From NCBI GenBank assembly GCA_965263355.1, contig CBDHHL010000032.1, positions 3,264,001 through 3,328,000 of the forward strand: a stretch of 64,000 nucleotides of DNA, in the 5' to 3' direction. This DNA is from Leptolyngbyaceae cyanobacterium. Its GTDB lineage: Bacteria; Cyanobacteriota; Cyanobacteriia; Phormidesmidales; Phormidesmidaceae. The notes below the pieces were generated by a model that did not search any database, was not told the DNA's origin, and saw only the letters and a list, made by a program, of their open reading frames with translations. Position numbers and translations under genes: made by a program. Below, one piece after another: positions 39,723-50,472 of the stretch; positions within the stretch are counted from its first letter, which is position 1; every line of letters starts with the position of its first letter.

Positions 39723-41342
39723 ATGAACTCTCTGACAAGCTCCGAGTCTCGCCAAGTTGAACTTGTTGCTGCTTCTAACGGTCGTCATTTTATCCTGATT
39801 GATGCCCATGTTCATATTTATGATTGCTTTGACATCGATACATTTTTAGATGCGGCCTGGCATAATTTCCGCAATCAAGCAGGGGAGCATGCTGACTTTA
39901 CTGGGCTGCTTTTGTTAACGGAGAGTGGTCACGACCATTGGTTTCAGACGCTTTCCGCACAGATCGGGGAGAATGATCTAGCCCAGGGCTGGTCGTTTTA
40001 TCCAACGGCGGAGTCCTACTCGTTACGGGCGACTGATGCTCAGGGTAGAACCCTTTACCTGGTGGCCGGTCGTCAAGTGATTACGACTGAAAAGTTAGAG
40101 GTTTTGGCCTTGATTTGCGATCTCACCTTCCCAGATGGTTTAGCCGCTACAAGTACGATTGCAGCCATTCAAAATGCTGGTGGAATCGCTGTTTTACCCT
40201 GGGGAGTGGGCAAATGGATCGGTAAACGGGGCCAGTTAGTGACCCACCTGCTCCAGCAGTCGGACTTATCCCCCTTATTTCTAGGAGATAACAGTGGTCG
40301 GCCTCGCTTTTGGGGGCGACCTGGCTACTTTGCCCAAGCTGAACAGCAAGGATTGCCCATACTACCGGGAACAGATCCATTACCTTTGAGTTCTGAAGTC
40401 TCTCGGCCAGGAAGCTTTGGCCTTATGGTCATGGGAAAATTAGATACGAATAAGCCAGGTAGCGATATAAAAGCCAAGTTATTAGCGCCTTCGGTCAACT
40501 GTCAACCCTACGGCGGGCTAGAATCTCCCCTACCCTTTGTTCGTAATCAAATTGCTCTGAGAGTCAACTCTTCTCAGTCGGCTTCTGCTTCTATTGCTAT
40601 GGATAATCACATTGCGCCTACACCTGGTGAGTTGCCTGAAACTGCGGATATAGAAACCTCATCGGAGGACTATGCCACCCGGTTTGCTGGGGCCATTGGT
40701 GCCTGGTTGTTACAGGTACAAGAAACAGCCACTTTAAATATGGTGGCCGCTTACCCTGGGGCAAAGATTCTAGATGTGGGAGGGGGCCATGGTCAGTTAA
40801 CCAATGCTCTGATTGAGCAAGACTATGACGTAACTGTGCTGGGGAGTGCCGAGGTCTGTAAGGCCAGAATTCAACCCTATCTTGCTCGAGGACAATGCAA
40901 GTTTCAAGTAGGTAATGTGTTGAATATGCCTTACTTAGACAACAGCTTTGATGTTGTCATTAGCTATCGTTTTCTGGCCCATGTCACCCAGTGGCAGCAG
41001 TTTTTGAAAGAACTCGCCAGAGTTGCTGGTAAGGCGGTAATCGTGGACTATCCAACGGTGCGGAGTGCCAATGCGATCGCACCAGCCCTATTTAAATTCA
41101 AAAAAGGGTTAGAGGGGAATACTCGGCCCTTTGTTTGTTATGTAGAGCGAGATATTACTGACTTTTATCAGTCTATCGGCTGGGGGCAAAGCCAACGCTA
41201 TGCCCAATTCTTTTGGCCCATGGTGTTACACCGTAAATTAGGGCAGCCAAACATCTCCACCACCCTGGAGCAAGTCCCTCGACTATTGGGGTTAGCAAGC
41301 CTATTTGGTTCCCCTGTGATTGCTAAATTTGAACAGCGTTAA
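39723..41342 (+). CDS. Fusion: PHP-like metal-binding domain + class I SAM methyltransferase
   Basis: DAHVH and LPGTD in N-half; ILDVGGGHG and SFDVVISYRFLAH in C-half; Ser/Ala-rich linker. Confidence 0.75.
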   Translation: MNSLTSSESRQVELVAASNGRHFILIDAHVHIYDCFDIDTFLDAAWHNFRNQAGEHADFTGLLLLTESGHDHWFQTLSAQIGENDLAQGWSFYPTAESYSLRATDAQGRTLYLVAGRQVITTEKLEVLALICDLTFPDGLAATSTIAAIQNAGGIAVLPWGVGKWIGKRGQLVTHLLQQSDLSPLFLGDNSGRPRFWGRPGYFAQAEQQGLPILPGTDPLPLSSEVSRPGSFGLMVMGKLDTNKPGSDIKAKLLAPSVNCQPYGGLESPLPFVRNQIALRVNSSQSASASIAMDNHIAPTPGELPETADIETSSEDYATRFAGAIGAWLLQVQETATLNMVAAYPGAKILDVGGGHGQLTNALIEQDYDVTVLGSAEVCKARIQPYLARGQCKFQVGNVLNMPYLDNSFDVVISYRFLAHVTQWQQFLKELARVAGKAVIVDYPTVRSANAIAPALFKFKKGLEGNTRPFVCYVERDITDFYQSIGWGQSQRYAQFFWPMVLHRKLGQPNISTTLEQVPRLLGLASLFGSPVIAKFEQR

Positions 41343-41374
41343 GTATTAACAACTATTTGACTGATTAAATTTTT

Positions 41375-42418
41375 ATGAATGCTACAACATACAATTTACC
41401 CCCTGGGAGTCGCGCCCTCATTACTGGAGCCACTGGTTTTACAGGGGCGAATCTGGTTAGAAAACTCCTCCATCAGGACATTGATGTGGTTGCCATTGCG
41501 CGGCAGTCATCCAACCTGAAGCCGTTTGAACAATTACCCATTAAATGGTTGCAGGGAGATGTTTTTGATCCAGACTTAATTACGACGGCTGTTCAAAACG
41601 TTAACTATATTTTCCACATGGTGACGCCGTTTCGAGAGGCAAAATCCCCCGATATTGGCTATCACAATGTCCATGTCGTCAGTACGCAGCTGTTGGCAAA
41701 AGCGGCCTTAGCACAACCAGATTTTCGGCGATTTGTACATGTTTCGACGATTGGTGTCCATGGCCATGTGGAAGAGCCCCCTGGAGATGAAACCTGTCCA
41801 TTAAAGCCAGGGGATATTTATCAGGAAACCAAGTTAGAGGGAGAGATTTGGATTAAAGACTTTGGTCAACAAACAGGATTGCCAGTAACAGTGGTCCGAC
41901 CAGCGGGAATCTATGGCCCTGGAGAAAAGCGCCTGCTGAAAATTTATAAAATGGTGATGCAAGGGTGGGTGCCTGCCATTGGCAACGGCAGTAATTTACT
42001 CCACTTTGTCCACGTTGACGATCTAACCAACTTCTTTATCCATGCGGCGACTCAGTCCCCAGCGGTGGGCGAAGTTTTTATTTGTGGTAGTCCACAGGCC
42101 ATTACCTTTCGGGCTATGGTGACGCTGATTAGCGATTACTATCGAGTATCGGCCCGATTTATTAGTTTGCCTGCGGCTCCATTGTTTGCGTTAGGCGATT
42201 TATGTGAGCTAATTTTTCGCCCTCTGGGAATAGAACCGCCCATCTACCGGCGACGACTGGCGTTTTACACTAAGGATCGGTCGTTTAATACGGGTAAGAT
42301 GCGATCGCTATTAAATTTTGTACCCACCCATCAAGATCAAGAGGGACTGATTGAGTTAGCCCAATGGTATCTAGACAACGGTTGGTTAACCCACAAAAAG
42401 TCTAAACAAAGCGCATAG
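41375..42418 (+). CDS. NAD-dependent epimerase/dehydratase (extended SDR)
   Basis: ITGATGFTG, YQETK, RPAGIYGPG, HVDD. Confidence 0.92.
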   Translation: MNATTYNLPPGSRALITGATGFTGANLVRKLLHQDIDVVAIARQSSNLKPFEQLPIKWLQGDVFDPDLITTAVQNVNYIFHMVTPFREAKSPDIGYHNVHVVSTQLLAKAALAQPDFRRFVHVSTIGVHGHVEEPPGDETCPLKPGDIYQETKLEGEIWIKDFGQQTGLPVTVVRPAGIYGPGEKRLLKIYKMVMQGWVPAIGNGSNLLHFVHVDDLTNFFIHAATQSPAVGEVFICGSPQAITFRAMVTLISDYYRVSARFISLPAAPLFALGDLCELIFRPLGIEPPIYRRRLAFYTKDRSFNTGKMRSLLNFVPTHQDQEGLIELAQWYLDNGWLTHKKSKQSA

Positions 42419-42482
42419 CGCGAATGTAGTCTCTGGGTGTCGTGATTGTATTGTAATTGTGTCGTGATGGTAACCTACGGTT

Positions 42483-43241
42483 ATGGTATCTTCCCCCGGT
42501 GAAAAACTCATTGACAAGACACCCTTGAGTGAACAACTGAATCAAGGGGATAGCTCCGCCCTCGCAAAGTATCAAACTAAGGTTATCGGTAATACCAACT
42601 TTTGGCCCTTGGCTCTTTATGAACTGTTGATATTTTTGCTAGGGGATATACCAGGGGCCTTAGGATATTTGCTACGGAAAAAACTCTACCCCATCCTGTT
42701 TAGAGATACGGGGGCGGGGCTGATTTTGGGCAAAAGTATTACTTTACGTTGCCCCAGTCGCATTACTCTGGGCGAGGGTGTCGCCATTGACGACTATGGA
42801 TTACTGGATGCTAGCGGTACGGATGCCGGTATTACCCTGGGGGATCATGTGATAGTTTCCCGTAACTGTGTGATTCAAAACAAAACCGCTGCTGTGACCA
42901 TTGGCGATCATACTGATATTGGTTGCAACACAATTATTTCATCTAGTGGTGGCATCTCCATTGGCAAATCTGTGTTGATCGCCGGTAACTGCTATATCGG
43001 TGGAGGACGCTACATCACAGAGCGGTTAGATTTACCCATGATGCGGCAAGGAGTCTATACCAAAGGGGCTGTGACCATTGGTGACGATGTCTGGTTAGGG
43101 GCAGGTGCCATTGTTCTCGATGGGATTCAAATTGGTAATGGCTGTATTGTTGGTGCGGGAGCCGTTGTCACGAAAAATCTACCCGATTACGCCGTAGCCA
43201 TTGGGGTGCCGGCTAAAGTCGTTCGTCAACGTCGGGGCTAA
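42483..43241 (+). CDS. Hexapeptide (LbH) O-acyltransferase
   Basis: IGDDVWLGAGAIVLDG..IG..CIVGAGAVV..GVPAK. Confidence 0.9.
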   Translation: MVSSPGEKLIDKTPLSEQLNQGDSSALAKYQTKVIGNTNFWPLALYELLIFLLGDIPGALGYLLRKKLYPILFRDTGAGLILGKSITLRCPSRITLGEGVAIDDYGLLDASGTDAGITLGDHVIVSRNCVIQNKTAAVTIGDHTDIGCNTIISSSGGISIGKSVLIAGNCYIGGGRYITERLDLPMMRQGVYTKGAVTIGDDVWLGAGAIVLDGIQIGNGCIVGAGAVVTKNLPDYAVAIGVPAKVVRQRRG

Positions 43242-44282
43242 ATGACTAATAATCCAAGCATTAAAAATCAACATGCATCTCTTGCGACATCGCCGCGAAA
43301 TACTGTTGAGAATCCTATTTTTATCTTTGGCTGTCCTCGTTCGGGCACCTCTTTGCTGAGCCGATTGATCGGCAGTCACCCCAGAATTGCAATTCCGTTT
43401 GAATCCCACCTTTACAACACGTTTTACCCCTGGTTAAAGTACTACGGCGATCTGAAACTACCGAAAAACCGTGAGCGTTTGGTCGATGATATTTTAGAAA
43501 CCGAGGTCATGCGCGATTGGTCCCCTCGGTTAAACCGACAGGAGGTACTGGCAGCCCTTTCTAACTATGACTTCCATGGTATTGTCGATGGCATTTTACG
43601 TGCCTGGACCCACACCCAAGGTAAACAGCGTTGGGGAGAAAAAACCCCAGCCCATCTCTTTTATTGGCGTGAAATCGTAGCTGCGTTTCCTAAAATGCAG
43701 GTGTTGCACATTGTGCGCGATGGTCGAGATGTCGCACTATCCTGGAAAAAAGCACGCTTTGGCCCAAAACATATGTATGCCCTGGCTCAGCAATGGGTAC
43801 ACCATCTCAAAACAGCAGAAAACCTCAAAGCAGAAATTGGAGATGAGTCTTTTTTAGAGGTCAGATACGAGGAATTGCTGCAAAGGCCAGAACAAACGGT
43901 GCGTAGAATTTGTGCGTTTCTGCATGAAGAGTTTTCACCCCAGATGTTGTCATTTTATAAAACAGATGTCGCATATCCCACAGATCTCAATAACCAACAA
44001 AATCTATCTAGACCACCCCTGGCGAGCAACATTGATAAATGGCGTCTTGAAATGTCAGCACAACAGCTACATATTTTTGAAGCTGTTGCCGGATCTACCC
44101 TAGACAAATATGGCTATACCCGACAATTAAGTCAGGCGAGGGTATCGACGTTAGATGTATTACGCTTTCGTTGGCTGGAGCATCCACCACGAAAAATTTT
44201 GGCTATGGTTCAAAACTCCAAAGGACATATTGACGGTTTACGTAGACTGAAGATTTATGCTCGTCTCAGAGTAGGGTTATAG
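43242..44282 (+). CDS. PAPS-dependent sulfotransferase
   Basis: 5'-PSB GCPRSGTS, WGEKTP, 3'-PB VRDGRDVALS, RYEEL. Confidence 0.92.
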   Translation: MTNNPSIKNQHASLATSPRNTVENPIFIFGCPRSGTSLLSRLIGSHPRIAIPFESHLYNTFYPWLKYYGDLKLPKNRERLVDDILETEVMRDWSPRLNRQEVLAALSNYDFHGIVDGILRAWTHTQGKQRWGEKTPAHLFYWREIVAAFPKMQVLHIVRDGRDVALSWKKARFGPKHMYALAQQWVHHLKTAENLKAEIGDESFLEVRYEELLQRPEQTVRRICAFLHEEFSPQMLSFYKTDVAYPTDLNNQQNLSRPPLASNIDKWRLEMSAQQLHIFEAVAGSTLDKYGYTRQLSQARVSTLDVLRFRWLEHPPRKILAMVQNSKGHIDGLRRLKIYARLRVGL

Positions 44283-44307
44283 CATTAAATTATCAAGGAG
44301 AACAGGA

Positions 44308-45825
44308 TTGACTCAGCTTAATGCCACGTTGAATAAACTGATTAAGGGCGCTGGGTTATCCTTCCTAGGTCAAATAATTAGCACGGGGCTAAAGTATTTG
44401 ACCCAGGTCATTCTCGCCTGGCTGATGGGGGCAGAGCTTTTTGGCTTGTATACCCTAGGAATTATTCTCTATCAATTAGCAGAATTATTTCCCAGGATGG
44501 GGTTGGAAACTGGGGCCATCCGCTATGTTTCCATTCATCACGCTCAGCATGATCAAAGACGTCTGAAAGGAGTACTGCTCCAGGCCCTGGGGTTACCTTT
44601 TATCAGTGGCCTCGGGTTTGGTGCGATCCTATTTTTTGTCTCTGAACCTGTGGCCCAGGTAGTGTTTAATCAGCCTGAACTGGTGTCTGTGTTGCAAACC
44701 TTTGCCCTAGCACTGCCGTTTGGGGCCAGTATGATGGCCGGCGTATTTGCGACAACAGGCTTTCAAACGGCCACGTATAAGGTACTTATTTGGGAGATTT
44801 TACTTCCATTGTTGAATCTGCTACTAGCAGTCGTTTTATTGTATCTGGGCTGGGGCCTGTGGGGAGCGTCCATAGCGTGGGTCATAGCCCTTATGGGCTC
44901 ACTGATTGCGACGATTATAGTACTGCAGAAACTTTATCCCGTCCTTTTTCAGCGTCAGCCACGTCCCATTTTTGAAAGTAAACAGCTCCTCGCATTGTCG
45001 ATTCCCTTATCCTTGGGCAGTTTTCTGTGGCTGATTATGCTCTGGACAGATATCCTCATGCTGGGATATTTTCGCTCTCCTACAGAAGTGGGTATTTACC
45101 GAGCCGCCTCCCAGACAGCATTGCTGATGACTTTGTTTACCCGTTCGTTAGTCACTATTTTTACTCCAATGATTGCTAACTTTTACAACAGTGGCAATCT
45201 AAGCGAATTGGATAAGCTTTTTCGCTTGGCTGCTCGGTGGAGCTTTTCTCTGACTTTGCCACTCTTTTTGGTGGTAGCGGTAACCGGTGAGGATCTCCTT
45301 AAGGTCTTTGGCCAAGAATTTGGTCTGGGCTGGATACCCTTGATTATTTTGGCGGCTGGACAACTGGCCAGAGCTGGACCTGGAGGATTTGCGATGCATA
45401 TCTTGTCAATGTCCGGTCACCAGTATCTTAAGCTGGTTGGAGATGTTATTTTAGCGGTCACTAATATTGCCCTTAATCTGTTTATGATTCCTCGGTGGGG
45501 GCTAGTGGGGGCCGCTATTGCGACAGGCATTAGCATACTGGGAGTAAACCTGTTGCGCATTTGTCAAGTGTACTGTGTCTTAGGAGTGCATGGGTTTCAG
45601 TGGGGATACCTCAAAGTGATTGTCGCAGGTACTCTTGCTTGTTTGGCTGGCATTGGCATCAACTATGGAGTGACTAATTTTCCTGTCATTCTAAGGATGA
45701 TCTGTAGTATAGGTGTAGTTGTCTCTATGTATTTTGGCTTGTTACTTGCATTAGGTCTGGAAAAGAGTGATCGTATTATGTTCGGCCAAATTCGCCAGAA
45801 CCTCGGTTTTGGTAAACAATTTTGA
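44308..45825 (+). CDS. Wzx-like polysaccharide flippase (MOP family)
   Basis: Polytopic; G.ELFG.Y, TDILMLG, VGIYRAA, IPRWGLVGAAIAT. Confidence 0.9.
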   Translation: MTQLNATLNKLIKGAGLSFLGQIISTGLKYLTQVILAWLMGAELFGLYTLGIILYQLAELFPRMGLETGAIRYVSIHHAQHDQRRLKGVLLQALGLPFISGLGFGAILFFVSEPVAQVVFNQPELVSVLQTFALALPFGASMMAGVFATTGFQTATYKVLIWEILLPLLNLLLAVVLLYLGWGLWGASIAWVIALMGSLIATIIVLQKLYPVLFQRQPRPIFESKQLLALSIPLSLGSFLWLIMLWTDILMLGYFRSPTEVGIYRAASQTALLMTLFTRSLVTIFTPMIANFYNSGNLSELDKLFRLAARWSFSLTLPLFLVVAVTGEDLLKVFGQEFGLGWIPLIILAAGQLARAGPGGFAMHILSMSGHQYLKLVGDVILAVTNIALNLFMIPRWGLVGAAIATGISILGVNLLRICQVYCVLGVHGFQWGYLKVIVAGTLACLAGIGINYGVTNFPVILRMICSIGVVVSMYFGLLLALGLEKSDRIMFGQIRQNLGFGKQF

Positions 45826-46057
45826 TCCTACTGTCCTTTAGATACAGTGTAAAGATTCAGTAAAGTATACCTGCTTTTCGATAAATATACTCAGTCTGAT
45901 AGATATTCTATAGGCAGAACACTAGGCATCGATTACAGTACTTTGCTTTACAGGGCACTCAGTTAGAAGTCTTTAATAGGATTTAACTTGTTTCTATTTC
46001 AGCGTGTCCTTTGATTCACAGGTGGGTATCATTTACTAATTTTTGGGATTTATCGTT

Positions 46058-47083
46058 ATGGTCTCTTCACTCTCCGTACATCAAGGTATTCTCTCAGATG
46101 CTGTTCTGTCCGATAAGTCTGTTGTATCTGACGAGATAATATTAGACCTGTCTGTAGTTATCCCAATTTATAATGAATTTGAGAATCTACCTGCACTGAT
46201 TAGTCAAGTATCAACAGTGTTAGATCAAGAAGCCTATAGCTATGAAATCATTTGTATTGATGATGGGTCTAAAGATGGCTCTACTCAGCGATTAATAGAG
46301 CTTGCTAAGACTCACGAGACTCTACGTGCAATTATCTTTCGGCGTAACTATGGTCAGACGGCTGCGATGGCCGCAGGGTTTGCCAATGCCAAAGGTCAAG
46401 TGATTGTTACGTTAGACGGGGACTTGCAAAATGACCCCAGGGACATTCCTGTCCTCATCGAAAAATTGTCAGATGGTTATGATCTAGTGAGTGGTTGGCG
46501 AAAGCAACGACAAGATGCAGCCTTGACACGTTTACTGCCTTCAAAAATTGCTAATAAGTTAATTGGTAACGTAACGGGTGTGCGACTGCACGATTATGGT
46601 TGCTCTCTCAAAGCTTACCGAGCTGAGTTGGTAGCTGATATGAATTTATACGGTGAACTCCATCGTTTTTTACCTGCGTTGGCATTTATTGAAGGTGCGA
46701 GAATTACTGAGATGCCTGTGCGCCATCATCCCCGGCGTCATGGTCAAAGTAAGTACGGTTTGGGTAGAACCTTTCGCGTCATGATGGATCTGATGACGGT
46801 GGCCTTTATGAAGACGTTTTTAACCCGTCCGATGCATGTGTTTGGTGTGTTAGGTATGGTGTCTTTGTCAGCCGGGTCATTATTAGGGGTGTATCTATTT
46901 ATATTGAGAATTGTGCTACAGCAGCCAATTGGTGGACGACCGTTGTTAATGCTAGCTGTTGTTTTGTTCCTTGCGGGTATTCAGCTATTCTGTTTTGGTC
47001 TGCTGGCTGAGTTGTTGATGCGGACTTATCATGAATCTCAAAATAAACCCATTTATCGTGTGAGGGAGAGGGTTGGTTTTTGA
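46058..47083 (+). CDS. Glycosyltransferase family 2 (polyprenol-phosphate glycosyltransferase, ArnC/DPM-like)
   Basis: VVIPIYNE, DDGSKD, RNYGQTAA, DGDLQNDP; two C-terminal TMs. Confidence 0.92.
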   Translation: MVSSLSVHQGILSDAVLSDKSVVSDEIILDLSVVIPIYNEFENLPALISQVSTVLDQEAYSYEIICIDDGSKDGSTQRLIELAKTHETLRAIIFRRNYGQTAAMAAGFANAKGQVIVTLDGDLQNDPRDIPVLIEKLSDGYDLVSGWRKQRQDAALTRLLPSKIANKLIGNVTGVRLHDYGCSLKAYRAELVADMNLYGELHRFLPALAFIEGARITEMPVRHHPRRHGQSKYGLGRTFRVMMDLMTVAFMKTFLTRPMHVFGVLGMVSLSAGSLLGVYLFILRIVLQQPIGGRPLLMLAVVLFLAGIQLFCFGLLAELLMRTYHESQNKPIYRVRERVGF

Positions 47084-47175
47084 TCTTCTTAGTATTTAAA
47101 ACTGTTGTTTCCTAAATCTCTCCTGTCTGAGACTTATCGGCTTTGAATTCATTTTCCAATTGTACGTATGCCGCA

Positions 47176-48669
47176 ATGTTCAATCCCATGAAGCTTAATC
47201 AGGTGAGCCCTGCTGCTCAGCCTTCTCAAAAGATTAGAGCCAAGTACTATCAATGGCTGCCGATTACATTGGTAATGGTGCTTGCAACAGTTTTAAATTT
47301 TTATCGGATTAACGCTGAAGGCCTTTGGATTGATGAACTGACCAGTGTTGAAAATGCCCAAGGCCCCCTCTGGGAAGTGCGAGTCAGGCCACTTTACTTT
47401 GTCTTCCTCAAGGTGTGGATGCAGTTTGGTCACAGTGATGCTTGGTTGCGGAGCTTGTCTGTAATATTTGCGATCGCATCCATATTTCTGGTCTATCGCT
47501 TAGGCCGTCGCCTGTTAGGAGAGACAGAGGGCATAGTCGCCGCTACATTGCTGACGCTGTCTCCGTTATATCTCAACCATGCCCAAGAAGTCAGAATGTA
47601 TGTGCTATGTACCTGTATGGGACTGGCAGGTACGCTTTGTTTAGCCAATGCCCTGACTGGTGAAAAGTCTAAGGATCCCAGCCATGCCTCTCTGGCGGGT
47701 TGGTGTCTCTTTCGGGTATTGACAATTTTGGCCGTGCCGCTCAATGTCACCTTGTTATTACCGGATGTAATCCTATACGGGTGGCGGTTTCGTCAGCGGC
47801 GGTCAGCTTTAATCCGGTTTGGGGGTTGGCTGATCTTGATTTTCCTATTGTGGTCACCTTTTGTTTTATCGGTAATTCAAGCCACGGCACCAGATTCTAC
47901 CTATGCCTCCCATCACCCTGGGCGCAACCCACCCGAAGTGGCTAATCTGGTCCGTACGCTTAAGTTTTGGACCGTGTGGCCATTTGCTGTGCAAGGCAAT
48001 GCGATCGCATCTGCGTTCTATAAAGTGGTAACCCTATTGGTGGCAGGGTTGATGGGGGTGTCTCTATTACAAAAGCATCGATCGCCGGGGATTTTATGGG
48101 CGATGGCCTGGTTTATCCTGCCATTGGTACCCATTTTGGCCTATTCATTTATTTCAATACCGCTCTGGGTAAATCGCTATCTACTGTTTGTAAGTCCTTA
48201 TTTATTTTTAGTATTGGCGGCTGGGTTGAGTCGACTATGGCGACAATGGCGGATTGCTGCAGTGGTCATGGCCTTGGTTTATCTGATAGCCGCTGCTGGC
48301 GGCTTAGTGCACTATTATGCTGTTCAGGATAGACCTGACTATAAATTTATTACCCAAACCATTCAGCAATATAAACAGCCGGGAGATGTGGTTGTTTGGA
48401 CTCTGTTTGCCAACAAAGTCGTGCTCAACCACTACTCCTTGGGGAAAACCAAGGTCCATACGAATAAAACTAGAGGTGTGGAAAGTGATGCTGATATTAC
48501 CCAATGGTTAGAGGCTTTTCCGCCTGTTCCTGGTCGTTTATGGCTAGTTTTGAAGGTTAATGAGCAAGATTATTCTAAATTTGAGCAACAGATTAAAGCG
48601 CAATATAGTCTAGAAGAGACGTTTGACTATGAGCAAGGATCTAAAGTCCTTTTATTGACTGAGCGATAA
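47176..48669 (+). CDS. GT-C glycosyltransferase (GT39/PMT_2-like)
   Basis: LWIDE, PLYF, LRSLS, QEVRMY motifs; many TMs plus a C-terminal soluble domain; start codon uncertain. Confidence 0.85.
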   Translation: MFNPMKLNQVSPAAQPSQKIRAKYYQWLPITLVMVLATVLNFYRINAEGLWIDELTSVENAQGPLWEVRVRPLYFVFLKVWMQFGHSDAWLRSLSVIFAIASIFLVYRLGRRLLGETEGIVAATLLTLSPLYLNHAQEVRMYVLCTCMGLAGTLCLANALTGEKSKDPSHASLAGWCLFRVLTILAVPLNVTLLLPDVILYGWRFRQRRSALIRFGGWLILIFLLWSPFVLSVIQATAPDSTYASHHPGRNPPEVANLVRTLKFWTVWPFAVQGNAIASAFYKVVTLLVAGLMGVSLLQKHRSPGILWAMAWFILPLVPILAYSFISIPLWVNRYLLFVSPYLFLVLAAGLSRLWRQWRIAAVVMALVYLIAAAGGLVHYYAVQDRPDYKFITQTIQQYKQPGDVVVWTLFANKVVLNHYSLGKTKVHTNKTRGVESDADITQWLEAFPPVPGRLWLVLKVNEQDYSKFEQQIKAQYSLEETFDYEQGSKVLLLTER

Positions 48670-49190
48670 TGTTGGGTGACTAACGTCTAGCAGGCTTTGA
48701 TTTCTATCGTGAACTAACTCGGTTGTTTAGCTGTGTCCCACGCCAGATAAAAAATTAGCGCTCAGTGAAGGCTCTATATGACTGTTGCTGTTACAACTAT
48801 TTGTGGACTGATCGGGCTAATTAACGTGTTGGCACCCGGCTGTAAAATCCTTGAACTACTTTTATATAAAGCCTGTAGATGTGTTTTCGTCTCAGTCAGA
48901 GCCCACTGCATAACTATTTTTATCTGTACCGTATATTTAGCTAGCGAGTTAACTGGTGTTTACACCAGCCGATGCCCCCTGGTTATGCTTCTATGGACTA
49001 TGACATAGCATCTACCAAATAACAGTCCCGATAAAGGTTTTTGGTGCCTGTGGCAGCAACCCTTTTACTCCCATTGAGCAAGTGACATTGATTCAGGTGA
49101 TATCGGGATTTAGTAACGGGGGGCGTCATTCTACGCAGATCAACTGGCCATACCTTGAAATGCCGCTTGGGGGATGGTCCGTTGATTTTT

Positions 49191-49829
49191 TTATTCGAGG
49201 TGGAGGGCGGTGCGATCGCGACCCGGCACACTTTCTAATGCAGCTTCAACCGCCCGCGCTGCTGCCAGAATATCCCGTTCTGCACCCCCTAGGTACAAAC
49301 GCCCAAAACTACCCACAGACGAAATCTGCAGGATATTAATCTGAGCGGCTTTTTCGGCTTCGTTAGCAGCCAAGGAAGCGTAGGCGGCAGGTTCTACTTC
49401 CATGACATACAGTGTCTGCCCAGCCAAGATCATATTGCCGCGCCGGGTACGGTTGATTAGCTGGACGTGGTGGGGGTCCAGGTTGCGGATGACTTGACTC
49501 GATACCATGCGAGGACGGTAGCGATCGCGCATTTCTACTCCCAGGGCATCTAAAATGGCGTGCCCTGCCGCTTTAACTTCCCCCTGGCTGCCAGAGTGGA
49601 TTTCAAGCAAACCATAGAGGCGCTCCACTAGTTGCACACCTGGGGTAACGACGGCTGATTTCAGAGCCACATCGGTAATGCGGTTAATTTCAATACCAGG
49701 AGAAATTTCAATCCATAGGGAGGCATCGCCTGGTAATGGCAAAAAGCCAATGGAAACGCTGCCCATATAGGCAGCGTGCTGTGGTTGCAAGTTGTCAATA
49801 TATACGTAGCTACGAAGTTCTACACCCAA
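49191..49829 (-). CDS. ccmP: Beta-carboxysome tandem-BMC shell protein
   Basis: [53 protein letters not shown]. Confidence 0.88.
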   Translation of the reverse strand: MGVELRSYVYIDNLQPQHAAYMGSVSIGFLPLPGDASLWIEISPGIEINRITDVALKSAVVTPGVQLVERLYGLLEIHSGSQGEVKAAGHAILDALGVEMRDRYRPRMVSSQVIRNLDPHHVQLINRTRRGNMILAGQTLYVMEVEPAAYASLAANEAEKAAQINILQISSVGSFGRLYLGGAERDILAAARAVEAALESVPGRDRTALHLE

Positions 49830-50472
49830 GGCCGCTTCACAATTTATAACCTGCCGATCTTATCAGGTAAGCGTCAGACAACGGGGTATTAGGCATAGCT
49901 ACATGTATAGTATTGATGCGATCGCCCCTGATTGCTATGCTCCGTGTATTCATAATGGCTAGTGCTCCAGGAGCTGGGGGTGTCTGGTCAGGGGAATTAT
50001 CGATTCCAAAAAATTATTATTAATTGACCGTGAACTATTTGCTATTTCTCTAAGCATTGTGTGAATTAGCCTATTCTTGCTTTCTAGTAGCAGAAAAATT
50101 GATATTAAATATGTATGAGGTGTGTAATCTGTTCCTCAGAACATACGTATCTTTACTGAGATGTTAAAGTCTCTATCTAGGGGGAGTTAACCTCAGACAG
50201 TTAACTATAGAGACTGTCTGAGTGATTAGTTATTGTGATCAAGACCGTCTGCTATTAAGAACGCATGTACAGATGTAGCTAACCCTTTTCAGACTAGTGA
50301 GGAATGGACACCCAATGGCTCATTCATAATTTTCTGAGCTTCCAACTTCTCTCTTTTTATTTCGTTCTAGATAACAATTTTCTACTCAAGCGAGTGGGTG
50401 TTTTTTATTTCCACAGCATTAGCCCACTTCGAAACATAACGCAAACCCACATGAGGAAAGGAGAATGTCAGA

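Noticed and set aside
48778..49339. Small ORFs between the GT-C gene and ccmP
   Set aside because: No motifs, mutually overlapping, partly antisense to ccmP.
49191..49829. Novel metabolosome locus formed by the BMC gene and adjacent enzymes
   Set aside because: The protein matches CcmP, normally a satellite carboxysome gene; it is on the opposite strand and no other shell genes are present.
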